Assembly: GCA_024704765.1 (NCBI GenBank)
Contig: JAKMXF010000122.1
Coordinates: forward strand, 581,068-645,067
Length of the DNA: 64,000 nucleotides
Direction of reading: 5' to 3'
Origin: Oopsacas minuta
Taxonomy: Eukaryota; Animalia; Porifera
The notes under the pieces are model-generated. The model was not told where the DNA came from. It searched no databases and was given only the letters and a program-made list of their open reading frames with translations. Positions 13,003-25,564 of this stretch are shown piece by piece (the first letter of the stretch is position 1; every line of letters starts with the position of its first letter). Position numbers and translations under genes: made by a program.

Positions 13003-15240
13003 TAAGTGGGCGCCTTTGGGCGGGTCTAGAAATTATTGAAAATGAAATTTAGAAAGATATACTTTCGAAATTGTCAACTATTCAACTTGCAATTGTTTGC
13101 ATTGTAAGATCGGGGACCTAAAAGGTAGGTCAAGGAGCAGAAATATGGATAAAAATAGAGGGCTAAAAATGCTTGAGAATGAAAATAAACATTTAATTTG
13201 TTTTACAAACGAGTTAAAATTAATCACATAATGCATACGAATAAAGATAAATGCCATTGAATTAATAAAAATCCAGGAATGCGGAAATAACTCAAGGGTA
13301 TTTGAATAATAAATATTTGTGGTTTTCAGGTTTTCAAATTTCAAATTTTAGCTAAGTTTGAGACTTTGGTTAGACATGTTATAAGTTCATTAAGTAACTA
13401 ATAATAACATATTTCTAGGTTTGAAATAGTGTCAAATCGAATGCACACATTAATTTGGTAAATAGCAAAGTCAAATTTTCACCTATTACCGCATAGTTTC
13501 ACACTATGCAATATATGCCGATTAACTGTACTGCTAGCTGTATCCACTCAATTTTTGATGATAGGAAACAGATTTAGCAAATGGCCTTATTTTAGGTGCT
13601 TTGAGAGTACTGGGCATATAAATGTAATAAAATCATTTTCGGAGAAGTTGGGGATTTTGATGATTTTATTTCTTGATTGTATTATCAAAATCTACATACA
13701 AAACCACGGAGAGTTTGAATTACACAACAAGTTCAGCATCAAATATTCTGTGGAGGGAGAAAAAAACAAGTCTTTTTGAATTGTCATCAAGTTTATCTGG
13801 TGGCACATCAGAAACTAAACTAATATGATCTAAGCTGTTTAATAATTCTCTCAATGTATAAGTATTAGACATTTAATCTACAATTTTTGGTGAAGTAATA
13901 ATTTCTGCAATAAATATTCTACATCAAAACAGTAGTTCTCGAAATGTTAATGAGAAATCTCAGCATAGTTGACCAAATTATAAAATACTTTATAATAATT
14001 TGATATATACTAGTCCATTAATGTCAAAATCTCCCCCTTACCGAAGTAAATCTAGGCATATAATACGTTATACGCGTATTATACACCCTAGATTTACATC
14101 AAAGAATATGAAATACTTCACTCTCTTCGTATAATAGGTTCAAATATATGTATTATACGTTTATCCGTATTATACATATACGTGAATTATACAACTTAGA
14201 ATATGCTTAAGTTAAAAAATCTAGAGTTGGAACTTCAATATTCATGTTCAGTATGCTTTAATCGAAATTCCTCTTCCAATGTTACAAGTGCTAAAATGCA
14301 ATAATAATATTTGACCAATTTGGATACATCGCAGAACAGAAACTGCCATAACCATAAATATAAAAACAATCTTTACTATAACAACCAATATATTGTTCAT
14401 TCAGAATGAAAATAGTTATTTCTAAGTTGTAAGATATGCAAAATTCAATGAGATAGATTATAAAAATCAAGCCTATTCGCACTCCTGTGGATTTCGTCGC
14501 GGAGATTTGTTGCACAGCCTTTTCGTTGTTGAATTGAATAGAACTAAAGAATCAAATAATTTGTGGTAATTAGAAACCAGATACGTTGTACATGGTCCCG
14601 TACCGCGACCAGATCTAGCCTAAATAATATTCACAACAAATACGATCAAAATCCTGTTCATCAAGTAGGTATGGATTCCAATGGCCCAATCCAAAAACTA
14701 GAGGTAGTTAGAGATGTTGACAACATCCAGGAGCAAAATTACCACAAATCCAATGTAAAAATTATCCCCTAAAGTAAAAATAGTAAATGAAAATACACAT
14801 AATCATCGAATAAATACAATATCATTTAACGAATTCAATAAAAACCATTTCATCAACAACAGTGGTTCTCAAACTGGGGTACGCCAGCACTTTTCCTAGG
14901 GATACGCTGGTGTTTCACCTAATCATATACAAATATTTCGAGTTACACTCCATCATGTCAACAGACTCAGCACATAGATAGTAATTTCATGCCAAATAAT
15001 TAATATGTAGAATTATAGAATCTACGAGTAATTTCAATTATGTCATAGCATTTAGTTTCCATATAATCCAAAATAGATTAAATATAATCAATATTTGAAA
15101 ATGTCGAGTAGAAATGAATAGTCAGATTATAAGATTATATGATCCTTGCGTAGTCTCGATTTGTAGTGTTACGATTTGATGTAATTAGTTGTTGTGTACC
15201 TCTCAAGTAGGCAGGAGAAGTTATGAAGCTATAAGAACTC

Positions 15241-15302
15241 AAATATATATTCTAGGTTAGAATATATATTCGAGTATATATTCTAACCTAGAATATATAT
15301 TT
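15241..15302. repeat. Perfect 28-bp inverted repeat with 6-nt loop; each arm is itself a hairpin
   Basis: AAATATATATTCTAGGTTAGAATATATA-TTCGAG-TATATATTCTAACCTAGAATATATATTT. Confidence 0.95.
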
Positions 15303-16379
15303 GATGACTCCACAGATTGGCCAATTGGGCATCGTTTTGTGCAGTTTCAGAAGAACAGTGGTTACCATTCTGGAATTAAACAATCCCCATTCAAGGCCCT
15401 GTTTGGACGTGATGCACAAGTTGGACTACTTTAAGCATCCCTTCCTAGTGAAATCCTAGAACGCCTTGTGTCCGAAGACGACCTAATGGCTGCATATCAG
15501 CAATCTGGCCCCTCTCAAGTCTCTTCAGGTAACCAGACCACAGTTTCTCCAAATCTTCCTACATAAGAAGATAAGTCACCTGATGCCTCAGAAGCTACTT
15601 CTTCAACATCTTTATCTGCTCACCGTCTCAGGTAACCGCTATGCAAATACGGCACGACAACATTCAACTCAACCACAAGAGAGCAGCTGAAGGACAGATA
15701 GCTCAGGCCGAACGCATGTTGAAACGCAGTCGTCTAGAGCAGGCTGCTGGAAACCCTGGAGATAATGTAATTATTCCAATCCCTTTAGTGGATCGCGGTA
15801 GAGGTGATCCTCGAAACATCATGTGTGTAATTCTGAAAAGAAATGAAAATGACATGTACCGTATAGCAGTCCGTGCAGGAATTCTGAAAGGATCTTACAG
15901 CCGAAATCAATTTGATTTGTGTCCCCATCCGCTGTACAGTGTGAACGATTTCACCACAGATAAAGAAATAGCCCTGCGCAAGCTGTTCAACAAGGGTTTG
16001 CCAAGTGCAACTGTACACAAAGTGGCAAACAATGCAAATCAAACAAGTGTAAATGTTTCAAGGCTGGACTTAAATGTAATAGCAAGTGTCACGCGACTAT
16101 GACCTGCCCCAACAAGATCTGAATGGGAACGATATGTGAATTTTTTAAGTCAGTATGCTGTAATCACATGCTTTTAATGCATATTGATATAAATTAATTA
16201 AATTCATAATTACGTTTCAGTCAATCTGTCAAAATACCGGCCAATGATTCAGTCAATTTGTAAAATGGCTGAAAATTCTAGTCAATTAGTAAATTGCCTG
16301 AGTGAATCACTCAATTTACAAATTGACTGGAAATTTCAGTCAATTTGTAAATTGACTGATTTATACATTGACTGTAACA
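15303..16379 (+). mobile_element. 3' fragment of a Ginger2/KRBA2-SCAND3-like integrase element
   Basis: FVQFQKN..YHSGIKQSPFKALFG, VDRGRGDPRNI, GILKGSYSRNQF and a Cys-rich KCNC..CKCFKAGLKCNSKCH tail. Terminal ..ACTGTAACA with CAGTCAAT subterminal repeats. Confidence 0.7.
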
Positions 16380-16380
16380 T

Positions 16381-16495
16381 ATTAGTTGAATTTGTAATGA
16401 TAACTGCAATTCTTCATGATCGAAGAGAATAAATTCAATTGCCAGGAAATTTTGGCAATTCTTTGCTTAGCTAGCCGTGTGTATAGTAGGCCATG
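16381..16495. repeat. Foldback family A terminal fragment
   Basis: GTTGAATTTGTAATGATAACTGCAAT..TAGCTAGCCGTGTGTATAGTAGGCCATG. Confidence 0.75.
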
Positions 16496-16897
16496 GGTGG
16501 CCACCACTAAAATAAGTGCTGATGTCCGGCCGTGCAACTCTTCCTGGCCATACCATTAGGACTATGGTCTTAAGATTTTACAAGAGGTGCAGACATATGT
16601 GGAGATGTGCACCTCGATATACGATTTTCATTACGCCAATTTGACATGATGAAGCAGTATTTTATGATTTCTTTGTTTTGCTTATTGTGACAAAACCATA
16701 TACAGAAGAAACATGGAATATGGTATACATGTTGATAATGACATGTGCTAAAATCTATTAGCCTTTCAAATTCAGTTAGATAATGGACCATGGAATTAGA
16801 GTCAATTTAAAATTATGTCGTGTCACCATAACATAACCTTTGTAAATCCTGTTCTTAAATATAACTCTCAAGCGATAATATTATAATTAGAACTATA

Positions 16898-18236
16898 CAG
16901 GGTGTCCCATAATTATTGTCGTATCCGATATTTGTAGATATTCGTTTCCCGTATATCCAGTATGCATTCAATTTGCTTAGTTTTTCATATAACAAGTACT
17001 AGTGTGAATTATCATTAGAATTTATAAGGAACCTTATATTTTCTCCCGTGACTTTATCAAAATCGAGTATTTCATTAACTTGTTTAATTATTTCATAATG
17101 AATGTCAAAATTCCTCCGAAACTCTTCGTAACAGGGCAGTCGGAATGATTATTGGTGGGATGGTGCAGAAAGATGTTGCTAAGACCTTAGAAAAACCACT
17201 CAGAACGATACAGCGTTGGTGGGCACGATATAGACGAGATCAAGATCTAGGACATAAGGTCGGTGCTGGGCGTCCAAAACGATCACAAGGGAGGCGAAGA
17301 TAGTTATTTCCAAATATCTGGGCACAATTCGTCAATCCACTAGAAAGATCGCGATAAAACTCAAGCGAAAGGGTTATGGTACCTCTAAATCGACTGTTCA
17401 CCGCTATTTGAAGGAAACGATTGGAGCGACTGCCTATAAATACCCAAAATTCCCAAATTGAGTGAAAAACAGAGGGAAAATGGGCTAAATTTTTGTATTG
17501 AAAGGGAAAATTGGGATTTGGATGAGTGGAAACGAGTCCTATGGAGTGATGAATCACCATACGAACTATTTCATCACAGTTCCGCCCAAAATGATAGGGT
17601 TTGGTCCACTGACAGCTCCAAAGTACCACCTCGTGAAGTTATCAAAATCCCCCAATAGTGATGGTCTGGACCATTATGAGCTATCGTGGCCTCTCAGTAT
17701 ACATTTCGTTCCTCCTAAACAGACTGTAAACTCTCAATATTATGTAAAAGAGATATTGGAGAAATCTTATCGACTTGCGATGGGTCGTTCAAAAACGGCA
17801 GGCAGCATTCTGACCAGGAAATTAATACCTAACATGTCTCGGGCCATATTTATGCAAGACGGGGCACCAGCACACACTGCCAGTCGCACACAGGAATGGT
17901 GCAAAAACAACATGCCCGCTTTCTGGGCCAAAGGGGAATAGCCTGGCAATTCACCGGATTTAAATCCGATAGAAAATTTCTGGAGTATTTTGCAGGAGAA
18001 GTTGAGTGAGATGAAACCCTCAACCAACCTCAATCAGTTCGCAGAAAATCTCAACGGTGGCTGGAGGGACATTAATCCATTTATCTTGGAAAATTTAGTT
18101 GCTGGAATGCCAGCACGTTTTGATACATGTATACAATTGAAAGGAGGATATATTGGGAAATAATTGTCTTCTTTTCTCAATTAATGGCAATAATAACATA
18201 AGATGAAGGATACGACAATAATTATGGGACACCCTG
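16898..18236 (+). mobile_element. Tc1-related DD37E (TRT/ITmD37E-like) element (1339 bp)
   Basis: Perfect 29-bp TIR CAGGGTGTCCCATAATTATTGTCGTATCC and TA TSD. Confidence 0.93.
17098..18163 (+). pseudogene. DD37E transposase pseudogene
   Basis: VLWSDES..FMQDGAPAH-37 residues (one is an in-frame TAG)-NPIENFW. Several frameshifts. Confidence 0.88.
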
Positions 18237-18496
18237 TATATAATAAATTAATAGATATTGAGGCTACTTGATCAACCAACGCTTCCATCTTTAAAAAAAG
18301 ATGTTTAAAGACTTAACATCATTCAAAAATATTAGCTGAATTTTTGAACAGTTACCGAGATATTGCCGAGCATTGACGCTTTTCAAAATGTCACAAAGTG
18401 GCATTATTATCGAGAAGGCTTCACTTCTAGAATTACTTATTATGGTATTTAGATGTTATGTAGAAAGTTTCGTGCTTTTCACATCAAAAGCACACT

Positions 18497-18799
18497 CAGA
18501 GTTGCACGCGTGCCGAAATTCGTATCACAGGCCCGAAATTTTAGTGTGCCCCAGCCTACGGCCCGCAAGAACCCCGCAAAATACTTCTAAAGAAACTATC
18601 TATCTAAACTAGTTAGGAATCCCTACTAGGAACTGAGTTTCTGAAAACTGATGCGTAAATGTGAAGACTTACTTTACTAAGTTTCATTTACTTATGTATT
18701 CCCTAATTGATAATCATAATCATGACAAGAAAAAACGGTTCAGATCGGTCGTAATCATTGTGTGTTGTGCCCGACCCACAAGGCCCGCGTGCAACTCTG
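18497..18799. mobile_element. hAT-type MITE (303 bp)
   Basis: Perfect 14-bp TIR CAGAGTTGCACGCG. Flanks AGCACACT / GCACAACT are a near-match TSD. GGCCCG subterminal repeats. Confidence 0.75.
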
Positions 18800-19084
18800 G
18801 CACAACTTTGCACATTTTTGCACTTAGCAGCTGCACTAGTAGTTAATGCACAATGATGCTAGATGTATATACCATCAGCTAATGTTGCCGAATATTAGCT
18901 AATTGTACCGATATCTGATCCGTATAAGGATTCTGTATCTTGTATTGAACTACAGACGGAATTTACATGAACTATAACGGTGGTTATGCAAAGTATTCCT
19001 GGGCGGGGGGCATGGGTGAGCAATTGGCAACCTTTTTTGGTTTTATAAACGAACGCGGAATTACTAAATATTTATTGAAAATAC

Positions 19085-21774
19085 CAGGGTTCTATCTAGG
19101 ATTTTAAATTTGGGGGGGAAGCTTTGAAATCCTTAGTACCCAATTATCAAAATATTATAACCTTGAAGTAAACACCAAACATTTAATCTAATCCTTAATA
19201 ATGAAGATTTCTATCGTTAGTAAAACATGAAAGGGCCGCTCATAAATTGATTTTTCTAATTTTCATTCCTTTATAATGCTCCAATACTGCCTCTAAATTT
19301 TCATCAGATAGGTGATCAGGACCTTCAATACATATGCGCATACAATAATCAAGTGTCTCTTCACTCATTCGACTGCGAAGTCTCGTTTTTATTAATTTCA
19401 TATTGCTGAAACTCCTTTCGACTGTGGCTGTTGTCACTGGTAATACTTCCAAAATAGCGGCTATCTTTGCCAAGTTTGGAAATGCAGCATATATCTCTCC
19501 ATTCCCCAGCAGTCTTGAGAGTACAAATTGTAAGGACCTACCTTTGTACTGTAGGAAAATTAAGCGTCGAAACAATTTCCACTCTGACTCAGTTTCTTTA
19601 GCTTCGATGTCAGGCTGTGATATACCTTCATTTCCTCCTACATTGATCCTTTGTTCTACACTATAAAAATCCGTGAGTGTCTTAATCTGTTCCATTCCGT
19701 ACTCTGATAATTCTTCTTCTCTACCAGGAAGATGACGAGGGTCAAAAACAGACATGGCTGAAATGAGTTCAGTAGACTCCATCCGGACATTAATATGATC
19801 TATGACACTTTGGAGGTATGGTCGATATACCTTGTGAAGAAATTCACTCTTCTCTTCTTCCAATACCACGATGTGTTTCTCTCCTAATTGAGCATCATCA
19901 ATAAAAACCAAAGAATGTTCCTTGAACCATGTGCTGCTTGTTACATCTTCTTTGAGCTCCAACAGCCGTTTAGTAGTACTAGCAACCATCGATGGCACAC
20001 TCGCAAGATCAATATCCTTGGCTTGTAGACTTCCTTGCAATTTCGCTACGATATGAAGAACATCTGATAGCATGTAAATACATGCGACAGTCTTGTACTT
20101 CAATAAGAGAGTTGCAATTCCATGTGATTCTGCATCCCCAGTTTCTGCGTATATCTCTTCAAATGTACTGACCAAAGCTGGTAAACTCCGTCGCACAACA
20201 GACACAGCTCTCTCACGGGCTAACCACCGAGTATCACTAGGCTTCTGCATTTTGATTTCAGGAGCCTGAAGTTCAGCTTGAATCTCAGCAAGTTTCTCAG
20301 CTTTTTTGGGAGAAAAGTGAAAAGCCTTCCAGATTGTTAATAGTGTACCCAAAACTCTCTTCACTACTGTATGTTCTGATGCAGCATTTAATGCAGCAAG
20401 TTGAAGCTTATGGCAGCGACAGTGCACATAGATAGAGCTTGGTGCATGTAATCTTAGCCGTATTTGAACACCACTTCTGTGACCCGACATAGTATTTGTA
20501 CCATCAAAACCAAGTCCACGCATCTTATCAAAACAAATGTTTTTGGAATGAAGAAAAGTTCGAAGGTAACAAGCGATCGCTTGAGCATTTTTCTCCTTCG
20601 CATGCAAAATTCCAAGAAAATGTTCTACTGGTTTATTATCTTCTATCCAACGTGCACATACTGACAACTCTTCTTGTGATGCTACATCCGTACTTTCATC
20701 TGCCATTAATGAATAATATGGGCTAGCACTGAGACTGGTGATGATCCTCTTCTCGAGTACATTGCTAATACTTGAGAGAAGTTCCACTATAGTGGTATAT
20801 GATTCATATGTCGCATTGTGTGGACACTTCTCTCTGTGAGATTTCAGTATGATGTCCCCATTCTCAATTTGTAAAGTAATGAGGTTTTCAAATGTAGTTG
20901 TATGGGGGATATGATGCTTAACCAAGAAATATAAGGATCGGATAAGCTTTTTCATAATGTCACGGTTCTGTTTCTTCTCCTCCGCAGTGGCTGCTTCCAA
21001 TTGTTCCATTACATTACCATGTTCCTCTGTTGATTGAGACATAACCATTCTTTCGATCGCTGCTGCGTGCCAATCAGATTTCTCATGTTGTATTAGCAAA
21101 CTTTTCGCCTTCACCCAATTGTTTATAGGTCTTGTCACCCATGCACCTCTCGCTTGTACCGGTGGTTTACCATGGACCTTACAAATCGTACACACCATAC
21201 CATTTTGGGATGAATCGTAGTCCATCCAAGTATATTCATTCTTCCAAGTAGGATTATAAACTAAGTTGTCCTTGTAGGCTCGCATTTTTTTGGCTGTTTT
21301 AGAAGCGCATGGAGTAGAAACAATCGCATCTTCCTCTGGTAGTTGTGGTTCAGACTCAGATATATTGTTGCAATCCGAAATATTTCTTTTAGTTCCTCGA
21401 ATGATAACAAATTTATCCATGTGGTAACACTGGGTTAATCAATTATTACCTATGTGAAGTTAACAAAAAGAATTTTTCCGCTGTATTATACCTCAAGAAT
21501 TCGTACATCACTAATATATAGGCGGCTGGATAGTGGGAAGCTGTACTTTCCAACATATGTTATTATTTCGCAGTTGCAAATTGTATGAAATGTGATTCAG
21601 GTTTCCCACATATTATTTATTTACACTTCAAATAGTATTTTCACAATGAATTGATATTCTAATAATTTATCCATTGAATAATATATTGCGATTAATAGTA
21701 CATTTTATGAGATTTTTGGGGGGAAAGTTGAAGAGTTTGGGGAGGAAGCTTCCCCCCCAGTAGATAGAACCCTG
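19085..21774 (-). mobile_element. Full-length hAT element with 5-bp TSD (hAT5-like), 2690 bp
   Basis: 14-bp TIR CAGGGTTCTATCTA plus subterminal GGGGGGGAAGCTT at both ends. AATAC directly flanks both ends. Confidence 0.9.
19240..21420 (-). CDS. hAT transposase (ZNF862/ZMYM-like), 726 aa, intact
   Basis: TTF-type Zn finger (CTIC..HEKSDWH), ADESTD, GFDGTNTMSG, HCRCH, DTRW and C-terminal TTATVERSFS dimerisation motif. Confidence 0.93.
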   Translation of the reverse strand: MDKFVIIRGTKRNISDCNNISESEPQLPEEDAIVSTPCASKTAKKMRAYKDNLVYNPTWKNEYTWMDYDSSQNGMVCTICKVHGKPPVQARGAWVTRPINNWVKAKSLLIQHEKSDWHAAAIERMVMSQSTEEHGNVMEQLEAATAEEKKQNRDIMKKLIRSLYFLVKHHIPHTTTFENLITLQIENGDIILKSHREKCPHNATYESYTTIVELLSSISNVLEKRIITSLSASPYYSLMADESTDVASQEELSVCARWIEDNKPVEHFLGILHAKEKNAQAIACYLRTFLHSKNICFDKMRGLGFDGTNTMSGHRSGVQIRLRLHAPSSIYVHCRCHKLQLAALNAASEHTVVKRVLGTLLTIWKAFHFSPKKAEKLAEIQAELQAPEIKMQKPSDTRWLARERAVSVVRRSLPALVSTFEEIYAETGDAESHGIATLLLKYKTVACIYMLSDVLHIVAKLQGSLQAKDIDLASVPSMVASTTKRLLELKEDVTSSTWFKEHSLVFIDDAQLGEKHIVVLEEEKSEFLHKVYRPYLQSVIDHINVRMESTELISAMSVFDPRHLPGREEELSEYGMEQIKTLTDFYSVEQRINVGGNEGISQPDIEAKETESEWKLFRRLIFLQYKGRSLQFVLSRLLGNGEIYAAFPNLAKIAAILEVLPVTTATVERSFSNMKLIKTRLRSRMSEETLDYCMRICIEGPDHLSDENLEAVLEHYKGMKIRKINL

Positions 21775-22519
21775 AATACTAAATATAGAAGAGAGGTTTG
21801 CTAATAGAGCTAGCATTGAATTTCCAGCTTCTTCTGGCTTGACCACTTTTCCAGCACCTTTATCTAATATACGAGATGTGACGTCAAGGTAGCCTCCAAA
21901 ACACATCACCCAAATTGTATAGCTATATGCTTCACATATTCTGTGCTATCCATACTATCCTGGGATATTAGAGCTAGTGAGTGAAAGATTCAGGGGAAGT
22001 GTAAGCGGGTGAGGGTGGCCAAAAAACGAAGTACAGTAGAATTGGGGAAATGAGGTTTCTATGGCGTATTATAGCCAGTGTGAGAAATTTGTAAGGTGTC
22101 CTATTTCACTGGATTGTTTCCGATATGTTAGCGATTTAGGGTCCTCAGATGTCCACAAATGTTTGTGTTTAGGTCCCAAAAAAACAAGATCACCCCGGAG
22201 ACAAATAGAAACGCCTGGAGCAGTATCTCGAGAGAATATACGCTCTGAATCAACAAATGGAGTCATTTCATCTAGAAAACATGAAGTTATATACTTGTGA
22301 AGATAAAATTGGGAGCGTACAACGTCACTCCCCCTCGTTTTTATGATATATCCAAAAAATGTGTGGGCGTGCCTAATTAACGGGACGTGACATATGGTCC
22401 CGGAACATGTAGATGCCTAAAGTACGGCATATGACGTTGTAGTAAACATCCAAATTCATCTCACAAAGTGTATAACTATATGTATATGGATAAGACACCG
22501 CAACAAGATTTCAAAAACA

Positions 22520-22543
22520 TGTATATATATATATATATATATA
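22520..22543. repeat. (TA)n microsatellite
   Basis: Direct reading. Confidence 0.9.
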
Positions 22544-23017
22544 ATTTCTGGCTATATTAAATCGATTGTGCCCCCCTCCCCACATATTTTAGAATAATCC
22601 GCTACTGTGGCTAAGCACAACGTTTATGAGATAAACAACACATAATTAGCTTATGATACTTTGTCCATTAGTAATAAAACTAATAATGGTAGCTAATTTA
22701 TTTGAATTAATGTAAGTATTCAATTGAAAACTTTCTAACCCAAATAATTCTGAAGCAGTTAAGAGAAATAATTTAAAGATTCGAAGTTACCACAGTAGAT
22801 AGAGACTAATGTGGGGCCAGTGGGGCTTGTCTTCTAGGTCTCAGAGAAGCGGAAATTTGTCAATAACTGACAAAAGCCATGTCTTCAATATGTCTATTAT
22901 TCTGAGACTCCCTATATCGAAATAGAGGGGCCCGTTCGAAGGACTAGAACAAATATATATTTATCTCTACTACGTACTTGAAATAATCATTATCAACAAA
23001 CTACTCTACAAAATAAC

Positions 23018-23244
23018 CTTAGCAACTAGCTCATCAGGATCACTGGCTTCAGATACTTCAAAAGGAAGAGGAGGAGAGAAACAATCAACAAAGATAGGTG
23101 GATGTTCATTACTGTCCTCAACAATAATTGTAACTATAGCACTTCCAGTCATTTGGGTTCCTCCAGCATTATCAGTCGCATGAACAGTGAATTGAAAACT
23201 AGTATCTTGCTCATAATCAACCTTCGTATTCAAACTAATCACAC
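23018..23244 (-). CDS. Cadherin-repeat gene, fifth exon (227 bp, phase 1/0)
   Basis: Acceptor TTCTTTAG and donor GTTATT. Encodes GVISLNTKVDYEQ..HATDNAGG..VEDSNEHPPIF..LVAK. Confidence 0.9.
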
Positions 23245-23452
23245 CTAAAGAAACAGGATAAATACAAAAATAATATAATATTGGAAATAAAGTAAACCAT
23301 AGCCTTCTCTATATAGGGGCTACCATGAACCTCGAATTTTTGGGCTAGGGATATAGTAGCGTACGGTATATAGTATGTTAGTATATAGAATGTATTCATA
23401 TAATACAAACAATAGTTTATGCCCAAGTAAATATACAAGGGTTGTTCAATAA

Positions 23453-24654
23453 CACAGTGTAACAACTTTTTGTTTATTTGGTTATTTACCTGTTTTTGGA
23501 TAATTCTGACGTGAGGAATTCGAATTTGACTGTGCTTTTAATGTATCATCAATAATTTTAGTGGAAATGTCAAATTCTACTTTTTTGATTTTCTCTTCAT
23601 ATTACCCATTATACATTGGCATGACATTATATTCATTTCAAATATTGATTTACTTAGATAAATTGTTGTCTACAGATTGTATTTGTTGATGGCTGCCAGG
23701 AGAATTTGTAAGCTGTCACCAGATTCGTTTTGCTATGTGTGCGGATACTAAATTGGACCAAGACAAGTCAAGCATAATATAACACCCGGTACAAAATTGT
23801 GTATTGCGTATTATGCCTATTTTGGCATGCCAATGGGTGATCAAGACAAAATGTGGTCTCCTCACTTCTGCTGTGGATCATGTCGTTCCACCTTAGAAGG
23901 ATGGCTACGTGGAACCCGAAGGCGTATGCCATTTGCAATACCTCGAATTTAGAGAGAACCAGTTAACCACCATGATAACTGCTACTTTTGTATAGTAGAT
24001 ATTACAAAATATAAAGGAAAAAGAAAAGATAAAAAACATATCGTTTATCCGAATATTCCATCGTCTATTGCCCCAGTGTCGCACAATGAAGATCTGCCAA
24101 TTCTGATTTCTCCTTTCTTAGAAGGAACTGTTGAACCTGAGTACATATCTTCTAGTAAGGAAGATTATATCAGCTTCGACGAAGACTTATCATGGGAACC
24201 ACATTTTCCTAATCAGCAAGAACTAAATGACTTGGTCAGAGAATTAGGTCTGACAAAATCTAATTCGGAGCTTTTGGGATCTCGTCTCAGAGAGTGGAAT
24301 TTACTTGATCCTAGTTGTAAGATATCTATCTACAGAAAACGGCATCATAATTTTGCATCTTTCTACAAATATTCGCTTTCCAATTCTTTGTGTTACTGTT
24401 CTGATGTGGATGGCCTTTTTGACGAGATTGGTGTGGAATACAACCCTTCAGATTGGCGTCTCTTCATTGATAGCTCTACAAGAAGTCTAAAGGGTGCTTT
24501 GCTTCACAATGGCAATGAATTTCCAACCGTTCCCCTAGCTCACTCAGTTCATTTAAAGGAAAATTATGACAATGTGAAACATATGATGGAGATGATCAAC
24601 TATCAAACACATAAATGGGATGTTTGTGGCGACTTCAAATTGCTAGGATTTTGA
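23453..24654 (+). mobile_element. Chapaev3 element, 5' half (3'-truncated)
   Basis: TAA then CACAGTGTAACAACTTTTTG at the 5' end. Transposase motifs FCYVC, MPFAIPR..REP..H..CYFC, ELLGSRLREWNLL, WRLFIDSS..SLKGALLHNGN, VCGDFK. Confidence 0.8.
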
Positions 24655-25112
24655 ACAATCATTATTCAATATATTGAAATATGAACTTACTATTGGAGAA
24701 CAGCAGAAAAACGAGGATATCATTCGGAAAAGGTACATCAAATGCTACTAACAATACCTGCAACCTCAGTCGAAGCGGAACGAGCATTTTCTTGTTCAGC
24801 ATATTTATGCAACAAATTTAGAACAAGACTCAATGATAGCACTTTGAATACGCTAGCATTCATAAGGATCAACAAGGAAAAAATTGATGATAAACTAAAA
24901 AAACTTATTATTCATTCATATTCACCTTGTACCCCCATATTATAATTTCATTCTACAGACTATCATATAATTAAACAAATTTAACTATTGCTCGAGAGAT
25001 AACTATCATCATTTATCAAGGGATTCCCAGAAATTCCGGGGATCCCGGGATTTTAAATGTGGAAATCCCGAAATCCGGGGATTATAAAAAGAGTCCGAGA
25101 TTAAAAACCTTA
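24655..25112 (+). mobile_element. hAT 3' end fragment
   Basis: PATSVEAERAFS..RTRLND dimerisation motif followed by ATCCCG repeats and a TIR-like AAAACCTTA. Confidence 0.7.
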
Positions 25113-25564
25113 TATACAACACTAGGAGTACCTATTGTTTAACTAGTAAATATTTAGCATCTGTGAACAATAGAATTATTACCGATGACAGTGCTATATA
25201 AAGAATATTTATCATTTACTTTCAGCAAAAACTATAACCAATATAAAAATTCTAGAAGAGTACGAAGGTGTAGAATTTCTTTCTTTTTCGAAAGGTGTCA
25301 ATTTTGGCACCTTTCCTTCCATAATTTTTGCAAGGTGCCAGACAAAGTTTGACCAGTGTGAAATAGTGGCACTTGGTGTCCGATTGATTTGCAAAGGGGA
25401 GAAGTACACCCGACGAATATCTTCAATAGTTCTCTCACCATTTATCACCTTAATTCTATCCAGTTTTGGCTGCAAGCTTTTACGGAGAAAAAAATAATAA
25501 TAATAATATAGAAAAATATAGGCAACCATTTCAATACTGGGCCACTATACTAAAGTTTAGTCAG

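Noticed and set aside
14861-14915. Isolated single TIR-like ends (also ~4344, 6790, 34755, 41337, 44780, 44902, 59318)
   Set aside because: No partner end or TSD could be identified, so they are not annotated as elements.
17240-18033. Minus-strand ORFs of 129 and 88 aa; likewise 19403-19666, 48774-49079 and 11979-12194
   Set aside because: Antisense to transposase sequences.
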